Shown here: one piece after another, positions 30,896-40,034 of the stretch
Position numbering within the stretch: position 1 is the stretch's first letter
How the letters are laid out: the number at the start of each line of letters is the position of its first letter
NCBI GenBank assembly: GCA_027618305.1
Contig: JAQCFD010000001.1
Coordinates: 1 to 60,638 of the forward strand
Source: Pseudomonadota bacterium
Lineage (GTDB): Bacteria > Pseudomonadota > Alphaproteobacteria > UBA6615
Reading direction: 5' to 3'
Length of the DNA: 60,638 bases
Translations under genes and position numbers: made by a program
Notes under the pieces: model-generated
Seen by the model: only the letters and a program-made list of their open reading frames with translations
What the model was told of the DNA's origin: nothing
Databases searched by the model: none

Positions 30896-32443
30896 ATGCC
30901 ACTTATTCGCGCCATAGCTACGGTCGGCGGCTGGACCATGGGCAGCCGTGTTCTGGGTTTCGTGCGCGATATATTCATCGCGGCGTTCCTCGGGGCCGGG
31001 CAGGTCAGCGATGCGTTCTTCGTTGCGCTCCAGTTCCCCAATATTTTCCGCCGTCTGTTCGCCGAAGGTGCGTTCAATGCGGCCTTCGTCCCGCTTTTTG
31101 CGGGCGAGCTGGCCGAGCATGGCCGCGCGGCCGCGCGCGCGTTCGCCGAGCGCGTCTTCGGGGTCATGCTGCTGATCCTGATCGTGCTCAGTGTGCTGGT
31201 CGAAATCTTCATGCCGGAAGTCATGGGCGTGGTTGCCGGGGGCTTTGCCGACGAGCCGGAAAAATTTCAGCTGGCCGTCGATTTCGCGCGCCTGACTTTT
31301 CCCTATCTATTGTTCGTCTCGCTGTCCGCGATGCTCGGCGGCATTCTGAACACGCTGGAGAAATTCGCGGCGGCGGCGGCGGCACCGATTCTGCTGAATG
31401 TGATTCTGATTGCCGCGCTGAGTGGCGTGGCGTTCGGCTGGCTGCCGGACCCCGGCCTGGCGCTGAGCTGGGGCGTACTCATTGCCGGTGTCGGCCAGTT
31501 TGCCTGGCTGGCCGCTGTGTGTTCGCGGACCGGGCTGATGCCCATGGTCCCGCGTCTGGTCTTCGGCCCCCGGGTGAAGCGCCTCTTCATGTTGATGGGC
31601 CCCGGTATCCTCGGCGCGGGTGTGTACCAGATCAACGTCCTGATCGGCGTGCGTCTGGCGTCCGAACTGCCCGAGGGCTCGGTGTCGTTCCTGTATTTCG
31701 CCGACCGGGTGAACCAGCTGCCGCTGGGTGTCGTCGGCGCTGCCGTCGGCGTCGCATTGCTGCCGCTCCTGTCGCGCCAGCTCAAGGCCGGCGACACGGA
31801 TGCCGCGCGCGACAGTCAGAACCGGGCGATCGAATTTGCGATGCTGCTGACGCTGCCTGCCGCCGCGGCGCTGCTGGTGGCAGCCAACCCGATCGTGACC
31901 GTGCTGTTTCAGCGCGGCGCATTTGATGCCGCCGACGCGGCCGCCACCGGCGCGGCCCTGGCGGCGTTCGCGCTGGGTCTGCCGGCCTATGTGCTGATCA
32001 AGGCCCTGGCGCCGGGGTTCTTCGCGCGCGAGGATACGGCGACGCCGGTGAAGATCGCGGCGGTTTCGCTGGTCATCAATGTGGGGCTGGCCCTGGCGCT
32101 CATGCCCTCGCTGGCCCATGTCGGCATTGCCCTGGCAACAGCGGCGTCGGCGTGGATCAACGCGGGCTTGCTGGCCGTCCTGTTGTACCGGCGCGGATTG
32201 CTCGAACCCGACCGTCGGTTGGTCACGCGGCTGGTGCGCATATCGGCTTCCGCACTCCTGATGGCCGGCGCCTTGTGGCTGATCGCCGACGCGCTGGCAT
32301 CGCCACTCAACCGGAGCGATCCCGCCGGTGTTGCCGCATTGGTGTTGCTGGTGGTCGCCGGCATGGCGGTCTACGGGTTGTTGGCCCAGCTGCTGCGCGC
32401 GACGTCGCTGGCTGAACTGCGGGCGGTGTTTCGCCGCGGATAA
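30896..32443 (+). CDS. murJ: Lipid II flippase MurJ (MviN)
   Basis: 515 aa polytopic protein. N-terminus ...GSRVLGFVRDIFIAAFLGAG is typical of MurJ. Confidence 0.92.
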   Translation: MPLIRAIATVGGWTMGSRVLGFVRDIFIAAFLGAGQVSDAFFVALQFPNIFRRLFAEGAFNAAFVPLFAGELAEHGRAAARAFAERVFGVMLLILIVLSVLVEIFMPEVMGVVAGGFADEPEKFQLAVDFARLTFPYLLFVSLSAMLGGILNTLEKFAAAAAAPILLNVILIAALSGVAFGWLPDPGLALSWGVLIAGVGQFAWLAAVCSRTGLMPMVPRLVFGPRVKRLFMLMGPGILGAGVYQINVLIGVRLASELPEGSVSFLYFADRVNQLPLGVVGAAVGVALLPLLSRQLKAGDTDAARDSQNRAIEFAMLLTLPAAAALLVAANPIVTVLFQRGAFDAADAAATGAALAAFALGLPAYVLIKALAPGFFAREDTATPVKIAAVSLVINVGLALALMPSLAHVGIALATAASAWINAGLLAVLLYRRGLLEPDRRLVTRLVRISASALLMAGALWLIADALASPLNRSDPAGVAALVLLVVAGMAVYGLLAQLLRATSLAELRAVFRRG

Positions 32444-32468
32444 GCGCCGCCCCGCTCGACCGCCCCGC

Positions 32469-32497
32469 TTGACGTGAGGCGTGCGCCCGGCCATAAC
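32469..32497 (+). promoter_or_regulatory. Candidate sigma-70 promoter of trpS
   Basis: TTGACG (32469-32474), 17 nt, then CATAAC (32492-32497), about 55 nt upstream of the trpS ATG. Motif by eye only. Confidence 0.3.
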
Positions 32498-32550
32498 CCG
32501 CGCCTTCCCTGACACCCTCGGGCGTCCAAACCCCCAGGAGCGAACTTGCG

Positions 32551-33582
32551 ATGAGCCGCATATTCTCGGGCGTCCAGCCCACCGGTGATCTCCACCTCGG
32601 AAACTATCTCGGCGCAATCCGGAACTTCGTCGGTCTGCAGGCCGATTTCGAATGCATCTATTGCGTGGTCGACATGCACGCGATCACGGTCTGGCAGGAC
32701 CCCAAGCAGCTGGCACCGCACACCCGCGAGGTGGCGGCGGCGTTCATCGCGTCGGGGATCGACCCCGAGAATTCGATCATCTTCAACCAGAGCCAGGTGA
32801 CCGCCCATGCGGAGCTCGCCTGGGTGTTCAACTGCGTGGCGCGAATGGGCTGGCTCAACCGAATGACCCAGTTCAAGGAGAAGGCGGGCAAGCAGCGCGA
32901 GAATGCCAGCGTCGGCCTGTATGTCTATCCGAACCTGATGGCGGCCGACATCCTCGCCTACAAGGCCACCCATGTGCCCGTCGGCGAGGACCAGAAGCAG
33001 CATCTCGAACTGACGCGCGACATCGCGATCAAGTTCAACAATGATTTCGAGACGGACTGCTTCCCCGTTGTCGAGCCGCTGATCTTCGGCGAGGCCACCC
33101 GGGTGATGAGCCTGCGCGACGGCACCAAGAAGATGTCCAAGTCGGACCCGTCGGAATATTCACGCATCAATCTCACCGACGGCGCCGACGATATCGCGAG
33201 CAAGATCCGCAAGGCCAAGACCGATCCGGGCGAACTCCCGGGACCGGAGGCGCTCGCCGCGGACGGATTGCATGTCGAGGGTGAAGCCGAAAAAGCGCGC
33301 CCCGAGGCGTTCAACCTGTTGTCGATCTATGCCGCCCTTTCCGGTCAGTCGATGGCGGTCACGCTCGAGCAATTCGCCGGCGCGCAGTTCAGCGCCTTCA
33401 AGGGTGAGCTGGCGGATCTGTCGGTGGCCAAGCTCGGCCCGATCGGCGAAGAGATGCAGCGCCTGATGGCCTCACCGGACCATGTCGACGCGGTCCTGCG
33501 TGACGGTGCCGAACGCGCCGCGGTTATCGCCGCGCCCGTCATCAAGGAGGTTCACGAGATCGTCGGGTTCCTCGGGTCCTAG
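32551..33582 (+). CDS. trpS: Tryptophan--tRNA ligase
   Basis: Class I HIGH-type segment [15 protein letters not shown] and the KMSKS motif (KKMSKSD). Confidence 0.96.
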   Translation: MSRIFSGVQPTGDLHLGNYLGAIRNFVGLQADFECIYCVVDMHAITVWQDPKQLAPHTREVAAAFIASGIDPENSIIFNQSQVTAHAELAWVFNCVARMGWLNRMTQFKEKAGKQRENASVGLYVYPNLMAADILAYKATHVPVGEDQKQHLELTRDIAIKFNNDFETDCFPVVEPLIFGEATRVMSLRDGTKKMSKSDPSEYSRINLTDGADDIASKIRKAKTDPGELPGPEALAADGLHVEGEAEKARPEAFNLLSIYAALSGQSMAVTLEQFAGAQFSAFKGELADLSVAKLGPIGEEMQRLMASPDHVDAVLRDGAERAAVIAAPVIKEVHEIVGFLGS

Positions 33583-33628
33583 ACGGTTTATCGCCGAGGC
33601 CAGGGAGAGGCGGAGGCCGTGCTGCGCG

Positions 33629-34954
33629 TCAGGCGTGTTCCGGCAGGGTGAATATTTCCTGGGGTTCGCGCACGCCGCGCAACGCGTGGAAGCCAAGCGA
33701 GACGAGGCTCTCGCCGGACGCGTCGGCGATCTGCTGAGAGGCCAGGACCGGCCGCTCGAGTTTGCGACACAGGGCTTCGATCCGTGCGGTCTGGTTGACC
33801 GCCGGGCCGATCACGGTGAAGTCGAGCCGGTCGGGCGCGCCGATATTGCCGTAGACGACATTGCCGTGATGAAGTGCGATGCCGAAGCCGATTTCGGTCA
33901 GGCCCTTTTTCCGGCGCGCGTTGTTGCCCTCGCCGATTCGTTTTGTTGCGTCGCGTGCGGCGGACAGGGCGGCGGTCACCGCCGGCTGGGGGCCAAGCTC
34001 GGAATCGACAGGAAAGATGGCGAGCACCGAATCGCCCATGAACTTCAGCACCTCGCCGCCATGATCGGCGATGGCGCCGACCACGCGCTCGAAATGGTCG
34101 TTCAGAATCCCCAGCATCACCGGCGGCGCGAATTCGTCCGACATCCGGGTGAAGTTTCGTAAATCCGAAATCCAGACGACGGATTCGATGGTCTCATTCA
34201 CGCCGCGATAGATCTCGCCCTGGAGCACGCGTTCACCGGCGCTGTGGCCCAGATAGGTGTCCATCAGATTGCGCGAGATCATGCGGACGGCGAGAATTTC
34301 CAGCACCAGTGAAAAGGCGGGCATGAGTTGGGCGATGCGCGCGATCGCGGCATCGGGAAACCCGCCCGGTGCCTTTGTCGCCCAGGAACAGGCGTAGGTC
34401 TGCCCGTTGGAAAAGGGGATCGGCAGGATCACATAGTCGGTAACCCCCTGGCTTGCGAGGTCCTCGAGGATCGGAAAATCACGCGGGCAGTCCGGATCGA
34501 GAAGCCGGCGTCGCAGACCGGGCGAGCCCTCGAACACGACGCGCACCGGGCTGCGCTGATAGGATTCGCTCGACTGCGATTGATGGTCGCCCCTGAACTC
34601 GGACATCTCGCCGGTCTCGCCGTCCCAGGCAAATCCGGCCGCGGCGATCTGGGGATGCAGGGTGCGGATCACGATGCTGAGACGCGCCAGCGGCAGACCG
34701 CAATCCTGAAAGCGCCGCCCGACTTCACTGATCAGTGTGGGGAGTGAATCCGCGTAGCGCCCGAAATTCTCGACCCATTCGAACACCGGGCAATCATATT
34801 CCGGCCCCGGCAGGACCGTTGCCGAGCTCTCGGGTATGGGATTCTCAGACACAAGTGTTTCGCTATCCACAGGCGGTCGTTCCAACGTTCGGGTGTTCAA
34901 AGGCATTCGCCGACAGGCGGCGAACATAGGATGTTCTTGCTGTGTTCGCCACAT
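33629..34954 (-). CDS. Class III adenylate/guanylate cyclase with an uncharacterised N-terminal domain of about 230 aa
   Basis: C-terminal catalytic domain (VVWISDLRNFTRMSDE...GGEVLKFMGDSVLAIFP...ALHHGNVVYGNIGAPDRLDFTVIGPAVNQTARIE). The start is uncertain (ATG 34954, 34927 or 34906) and none has a clear SD. Confidence 0.85.
   Translation of the reverse strand: MWRTQQEHPMFAACRRMPLNTRTLERPPVDSETLVSENPIPESSATVLPGPEYDCPVFEWVENFGRYADSLPTLISEVGRRFQDCGLPLARLSIVIRTLHPQIAAAGFAWDGETGEMSEFRGDHQSQSSESYQRSPVRVVFEGSPGLRRRLLDPDCPRDFPILEDLASQGVTDYVILPIPFSNGQTYACSWATKAPGGFPDAAIARIAQLMPAFSLVLEILAVRMISRNLMDTYLGHSAGERVLQGEIYRGVNETIESVVWISDLRNFTRMSDEFAPPVMLGILNDHFERVVGAIADHGGEVLKFMGDSVLAIFPVDSELGPQPAVTAALSAARDATKRIGEGNNARRKKGLTEIGFGIALHHGNVVYGNIGAPDRLDFTVIGPAVNQTARIEALCRKLERPVLASQQIADASGESLVSLGFHALRGVREPQEIFTLPEHA
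34933..34947. promoter_or_regulatory. GTTC-N7-GTTC direct repeat (alphaproteobacterial LexA-box form)
   Basis: GTTCttgctgtGTTC at 34933-34947, in the 5' end or leader of the cyclase gene. The motif has low information content. Confidence 0.25.
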
Positions 34955-34967
34955 TAAGGGTCGTCAC

Positions 34968-35106
34968 GTTAACCACAAAGAGCTCTCGCGTTAACCAAAT
35001 GGGTTGCAAATCAGGGCTTGATTATTCCGGAAATCGGCCCAAATTCCCTCTCCAACAACGCCCGGATCGTGTAATTCGTTAACGACCCGATATGAGATTA
35101 GTTAAC
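34968..35106. repeat. Cluster of four GTTAAC palindromes in the cyclase/nfu divergent intergenic region
   Basis: GTTAAC at 34968, 34990, 35078 and 35101. Pairs are spaced 22 and 23 nt. The first two share CGTTAACCA. Confidence 0.7.
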
Positions 35107-35164
35107 ACGGGCTCCAGGCCACGCGTTGAATGTGGTTCCAACAGGCTATGAGGCAAGGTGCCGG

Positions 35165-35719
35165 ATGTTTATCCAGACCGAAGAAACCCCCAACCCCGCA
35201 ACCCTGAAATTCCTTCCGGGCAGCGATGTTCTCGCCGCAGGGACGGCCGATTTTCCGAGCCGGGAGAGCGCTGATACGTCGCCCCTGGCGTTACGGTTGT
35301 TCGCGGTCCCCGAAGTCACGGCGGTATTTCTCGGGAGCGATTTCGTCACCGTGACGAAGGCGCCGGGAGCCGATTGGCAGGTCCTCAAGCCTGCCGTTCT
35401 GGGCGCGATCATGGAACATTACACGTCGGGTGACCCGGTCATGCGCGAGGCTGCGGGCCCGGCGCATGCGGTCGACGATGGTGAGAACAAGGAAGTGGTT
35501 GCACAGATCGTCGAGCTGCTCGACACGCGCGTGCGACCCGCCGTGGCGATGGATGGCGGCGATATTGTGTTTCACGGTTTCGAGGATGGCGTGGTCTTTC
35601 TGACCATGCAGGGTGCTTGTGCCGGTTGCCCGAGTTCAACGGCGACCCTGAAAATGGGTATTGAGAATCTTCTGCGGCACTACGTGCCTGAAGTGAACGA
35701 GGTTCAAGCCGTCGCATAG
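35165..35719 (+). CDS. NifU/Nfu-family Fe-S cluster carrier protein
   Basis: Within ORF 35126..35719. Start moved to MFIQTEETPNPATLKFLPG (Nfu_N domain). C-terminal CxxC (MQGACAGCPSS). Confidence 0.9.
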   Translation: MFIQTEETPNPATLKFLPGSDVLAAGTADFPSRESADTSPLALRLFAVPEVTAVFLGSDFVTVTKAPGADWQVLKPAVLGAIMEHYTSGDPVMREAAGPAHAVDDGENKEVVAQIVELLDTRVRPAVAMDGGDIVFHGFEDGVVFLTMQGACAGCPSSTATLKMGIENLLRHYVPEVNEVQAVA

Positions 35720-35848
35720 CGGCGTTCAGGAAATATTCGAAGATTGAGAATGCAAGTCGGCGCAAAAGTGCGACTTGCCGAACAGATTGCATACGCATAA
35801 AAGTTGATACGCCCCCTGGCCCGCGGCAATGCGTGGGAGCGTGTCGAA

Positions 35849-36859
35849 ATGAGGGGTACTATTCGCAACTTTCGTCAAAATAAGCGCACCGCCCTCACGG
35901 TCTCGGCTTTTGTCGCGGTCGGACTGTACGGTGCCGTGGCCGGTTTCTCGGTCGATCAGCCCGCGCGCGCAGCCCTCGATTGGATCGCGCTGCCGCAGGT
36001 CGATTTTACGACGACGCGCACGAATTTCGCCGACATCGATGACAATATGGTTGAGGTTGCCTCCGCCGACAGTTTGCATGGCTTGCTCGATGAAGCCGGA
36101 TTTGCGCTGCGGCACGTTCGGCGCGGTGATTCGCGTGTGCCGCGGCTGCTGGTTGAATCCCTGCCCGAAGATTTTGACGAACAGATGGTCGTGGAGACGC
36201 GCAAACGCACATTCATTCGCGCTGTCCTGCCGTTGATCCTCAAGGCCAATGAGGAAGTCCAGCTCGAGCGTCGACGCCTTATCGATCTGGAAGAGCAAAT
36301 TTTGTCCGGTCGCGATCTGTCGGACGACGACCGGGTCTGGCTCGATCGGCTCGCCGAGAAGTACGATGCGGCACCGGGCGATTTTGTGGATCTTTTGCGC
36401 CGGGTGGATACCGTGTCCCCGACGCTGGCATTGGCCCAGGCCATCGAGGAAAGCGGCTGGGGCCGCTCCCGTTTCGCGCGCGACGGCAACGCGCTTTATG
36501 GTCAGCGTGCGTGGCGCGAAGGGGCCGGTTTCGTTCCCGAGGAGCGCGCGGATGGCGAACGGTTCGAAGTTCGCGCGTTCGACAGCCTGCTCGACAGTGT
36601 CCGCAGCTATGTCGTCAATCTCAACCGGCACTATGCCTATGATGACTACCGGATTGCCCGCGCACAGATGCGCGCGCGCGATACGCAGCTCAACGCACAG
36701 GCGCTTGCTTACACTCTTGTGAGTTACTCCGAACGCCGGGAAGCCTATGTCGAAGCTTTGCTCGGGCTGATCAGAACGAACCGGCTCGACGATTTCGAGG
36801 TCGCGCAATTGTCGACGGAGCCGTTCGATCCCGATCGTTACAGGATCGCATCACGCTAA
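35849..36859 (+). CDS. Bax-like glucosaminidase-domain protein
   Basis: Within ORF 35804..36859. N-terminal TM anchor. Glucosaminidase segment LALAQAIEESGWGRSRFARDGNALYGQRAW. The start is uncertain (35804 or 35849). Confidence 0.75.
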   Translation: MRGTIRNFRQNKRTALTVSAFVAVGLYGAVAGFSVDQPARAALDWIALPQVDFTTTRTNFADIDDNMVEVASADSLHGLLDEAGFALRHVRRGDSRVPRLLVESLPEDFDEQMVVETRKRTFIRAVLPLILKANEEVQLERRRLIDLEEQILSGRDLSDDDRVWLDRLAEKYDAAPGDFVDLLRRVDTVSPTLALAQAIEESGWGRSRFARDGNALYGQRAWREGAGFVPEERADGERFEVRAFDSLLDSVRSYVVNLNRHYAYDDYRIARAQMRARDTQLNAQALAYTLVSYSERREAYVEALLGLIRTNRLDDFEVAQLSTEPFDPDRYRIASR

Positions 36860-36917
36860 GCGTTCGATGCTGAAGAACGGGATCACATACGCCGGATCCC
36901 GCTTCCACGACCGTGAC

Positions 36918-37997
36918 CTAAGACCGGGGCACGTAGTACTGCATTCCAAGCCAATGCCAGCGTCCGTCGCGACCCAGACCGGTACAGTTGATCCGGGTGC
37001 GGCCGGCCGGAAACGGACCGTCCATCCGGACTTCGACCCGTGGTCCGATTTCCTCGACGCGGACCTGGCCCTGATCTGCGGCATAACAGGCAAGCCCGGT
37101 GATCGGCGGTGTGTCTGTCTTCCGGGTAAACCCGAAGATGGGTGGGTTTTGCGTCAGAGTCGGGTTGGCCGGCGTCATGTCGCTATAGGGTATCGGCAGC
37201 GCGTTCGTCACCAGCCGGAAACGATCCATGTCACCGAAGGCCTCGTTCAATGCGAACCGGGGCATGTAGAAACGGTCGGTGGAGGCGTCGAGCGGGCCGG
37301 AGTGCTGGCCGAAGGCGTCCGCATAACCCGCATCGGCGACAACGGATTGCACTTGCGTGCTGGCCTCGCCGAACGGATAGGCGAACAGCTTCGGCACGGC
37401 CCCGAGTTCGGCGACATACCGGGCATTCGACTGGGCCAGATCGGATCGGTTGCGCTCGACCGAATTGGCGGCCATGTGCAGATGCGTGGCGGTGTGCCCG
37501 CCGATGGTTACGCCAGCTTCCTGCATCTCGCGCACCTGTTCCCAGTTCATGAAATCGGGAAACGCGCGGTCGACCGGATCCGTTGATACGAACACGGTGA
37601 AGGGAAAGCCGGCTCGGCGAAGCCGCGGCCAAGCCTCGGTGTAGATCGAAAGATAGCCGTCGTCGATGGTAATCCCGACCGTCCGGTCGGGGAGTTCACG
37701 GCCGTCGCGAATCGCCGCCACGATGTCGGGTACGGACATGACGGTATAGGGCCCCGAAGAGAGTTCCGCGATATGCGCCTCGAACTGGGCGAGGCGAATG
37801 TTGGTGGAGGGAAACGCGGTCTCACCGAACCGGTGATACATCAGGATGACCGCCGAATCGGCAGCGTTCGCCGGCGCTGCGAGTGTCAGCCAAATTGCGG
37901 CGGCTGTCAGGATCGAGGCAAGGGCGGCTTGCGCGCGGTGTTTCAACAAATCGGATGCTCGTCTGGTCACATGCGTCTCCACGTTCCGGGGCATCAT
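36918..37997 (-). CDS. Polysaccharide deacetylase family protein
   Basis: Signal peptide (LTLAAPANA). NodB-type segments ILMYHRF and TIDDGYLSIYTEAWPRLRRAGFPFTVFV. Confidence 0.85.
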   Translation of the reverse strand: MMPRNVETHVTRRASDLLKHRAQAALASILTAAAIWLTLAAPANAADSAVILMYHRFGETAFPSTNIRLAQFEAHIAELSSGPYTVMSVPDIVAAIRDGRELPDRTVGITIDDGYLSIYTEAWPRLRRAGFPFTVFVSTDPVDRAFPDFMNWEQVREMQEAGVTIGGHTATHLHMAANSVERNRSDLAQSNARYVAELGAVPKLFAYPFGEASTQVQSVVADAGYADAFGQHSGPLDASTDRFYMPRFALNEAFGDMDRFRLVTNALPIPYSDMTPANPTLTQNPPIFGFTRKTDTPPITGLACYAADQGQVRVEEIGPRVEVRMDGPFPAGRTRINCTGLGRDGRWHWLGMQYYVPRS

Positions 37998-38067
37998 GAG
38001 ACAGGCTGGGGTATTTCCGAAACTTTACCGTCGGGTGGATTTGCGCCGCAAGGCCCTTGGGGTGACC

Positions 38068-38643
38068 CTAGCCCATCATCGACTTGTCGAGGTCGCGATC
38101 CTCCGCCAACGGGTAGCGCCGGGGATCGAACAATTGGAAGTGCCACCATTCCTTCGAATAGAAATCCCAGCCGGCTGTCGACATGATGCCGAGCAGCAGA
38201 TGCCGGTTGCGCTGGGCATCGGGGGACACGTCCGCGCCGTGGTGGGACAGCGGTGTGAACGCATCGAATGGCGTGCCCATATCGAGGGGGGCGCCGGTGT
38301 CGTCGATCAGGGTCAGATCCACGGCAACGCCGCGGCTGTGGGGCGACCCGCGTCGCGGGTCGGCCAGGAAGTCGGGATCGGGTGAGTGATTCCACAAGGC
38401 CCATTGGGCTTCGCTTGGCCGCAGGGCATCGAAGATCAACATCCGATAACCGAGGCGGCCCGCGAGTTCGATCGCGCGTTCCAGATGCGCCGCCGCATCC
38501 TCATGCAGATAGCAATGTGCATGCGCGTAGACCGGCCGGCCGGTGAAGTTGTCGGCGGTTGCATAGGCCAGCTGGATGTCGACATTGTAGGCGGACGGGT
38601 CAATCTCGACATAGGCGGCGTGCAGCGTCGGGGCGTCAGTCAT
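38068..38643 (-). CDS. ddpX: D-alanyl-D-alanine dipeptidase (VanX/DdpX, peptidase M15D)
   Basis: Within ORF 38068..38700. Start moved to MTDAPTLHAAY (ATG 38643). Motifs SPHSRGVAVDLTL and EWWHFQL. Confidence 0.82.
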   Translation of the reverse strand: MTDAPTLHAAYVEIDPSAYNVDIQLAYATADNFTGRPVYAHAHCYLHEDAAAHLERAIELAGRLGYRMLIFDALRPSEAQWALWNHSPDPDFLADPRRGSPHSRGVAVDLTLIDDTGAPLDMGTPFDAFTPLSHHGADVSPDAQRNRHLLLGIMSTAGWDFYSKEWWHFQLFDPRRYPLAEDRDLDKSMMG

Positions 38644-38726
38644 GGGGGGTTCCTCCGGCAGGCCGTCTTTGCCGCGACCGCCGCGTGATGCTAGACCCAA
38701 GCACGGATTCGCCGAAAAGCAGGAAA

Positions 38727-39422
38727 ATGAGCACGAACTCCGATTCGACCATCCTGGCCCTGGACGCCGCCGGTCCGGCCTGTTCCGCTGTGTTGTGGGC
38801 GGGCGGCGCTGTCGTGCAGCGACGCTGGGAGGCCATGGAGCGGGGCCATGCCGAAGCGTTGATGCCGATGGCGCGCGACGTTGTCGCGGACACGGGCTTC
38901 CAGGGTCTGGACCTCGTCGCTGTCAGCGTCGGCCCCGGCGGCTACACCGGATTGCGCATCGCCATCGCCGCTGCACGGGGGCTCGGTCTGGCGCTTGGTA
39001 TTCCTGTGATTGGGGTCGGCAGTCTCGACGTGCATCGTCACATTGCCCGCCGTGATGGTGTGGCCGGTCCGATGGCTGTTCTTTTGGAGACCAAGCGCGC
39101 GGACTTTTATCTTCAGTTGTTCGGCGCCGACGATGCGCCGCTCACGGACCCGCTGGTGGCCAGCGGGACAGAGGTCGAAGCGCAACTCGCATTGCATGGT
39201 GCCGCGGCCCTTGTGGGGGATGCCGTCGAACGCTTTGCCGTCCAGGCGCGCGATCCCGACCTGCCTGTCGGGCGGACCCAGGCGGCGGATGCGGCGGCTG
39301 TCGCGGCCCTCGCGTTTGCCGCACACGGGGTCGCGGAAGGTTTGCCACCGCGCCCGATGTATCTGCGTGCACCGGACACCAGCCCGCCGGCGGCCGACCG
39401 GCAACGTCTTCGTGGCGGGTAG
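38727..39422 (+). CDS. tsaB: tRNA t6A37 synthesis protein TsaB
   Basis: Within ORF 38559..39422. Start moved to MSTNSDSTILALDAAG (ATG 38727). GPGGYTGLRIAIAAARGL motif. Confidence 0.85.
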   Translation: MSTNSDSTILALDAAGPACSAVLWAGGAVVQRRWEAMERGHAEALMPMARDVVADTGFQGLDLVAVSVGPGGYTGLRIAIAAARGLGLALGIPVIGVGSLDVHRHIARRDGVAGPMAVLLETKRADFYLQLFGADDAPLTDPLVASGTEVEAQLALHGAAALVGDAVERFAVQARDPDLPVGRTQAADAAAVAALAFAAHGVAEGLPPRPMYLRAPDTSPPAADRQRLRGG

Positions 39423-39431
39423 GGCCAGGCT

Positions 39432-39914
39432 TTGACGGGCGCGCAGGCATCGGGTTGGATCATCGAAGAGGCACCTGCCGAGGCCGCCGCGCACCTCGCG
39501 CGCCTGCACGGCCTTTGCTTCGCGCCCCTCCCCGAAACGCCATGGTCCGAGGGCGCGTTCCGCACGATCCTGGGAATGCCGACGACTTTTTCGCTGGTTG
39601 CGCGCCAGGATGAAGACGACGCGTCGGCGCTTCTTGTGGGCCGGTTGGCGGGAGACGAAGCCGAGATCCTCACCCTTTGCGTGGCGCCTGCAGTTCGCCG
39701 AACCGGCATCGCGCGCGACCTGCTTGACACCTATTTCCGACATGTTGGCGGGCAAACGAAAATTGTACTTGAGGTCGCCGTGAACAATGTGGCGGCAATT
39801 GCGCTCTATGAATCGGCCGGCTTTTTACCGGTGGGCGTTCGACCTGACTACTATGCCGGGAAGGATCGGAAAGTCGATGCACTGGTGTATGCGCGCCGCG
39901 CGGCGGTTGTTTGA
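39432..39914 (+). CDS. rimI: Ribosomal protein S18-alanine N-acetyltransferase (GNAT)
   Basis: 160 aa GNAT fold (VAPAVRRTGIARDLL). Canonical position directly after tsaB. TTG start as in the track. Confidence 0.78.
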   Translation: MTGAQASGWIIEEAPAEAAAHLARLHGLCFAPLPETPWSEGAFRTILGMPTTFSLVARQDEDDASALLVGRLAGDEAEILTLCVAPAVRRTGIARDLLDTYFRHVGGQTKIVLEVAVNNVAAIALYESAGFLPVGVRPDYYAGKDRKVDALVYARRAAVV

Positions 39915-40034
39915 ACAGGGGCCATCTGAATACATGAACCACGCTGTGGAGCGAAAAAACTTGGACAAACACTGAGCAAAGACTAAATACTCGACCGTAT
40001 AGTCACAGTTGTTTGTATTTATGAGGCAAATCAA

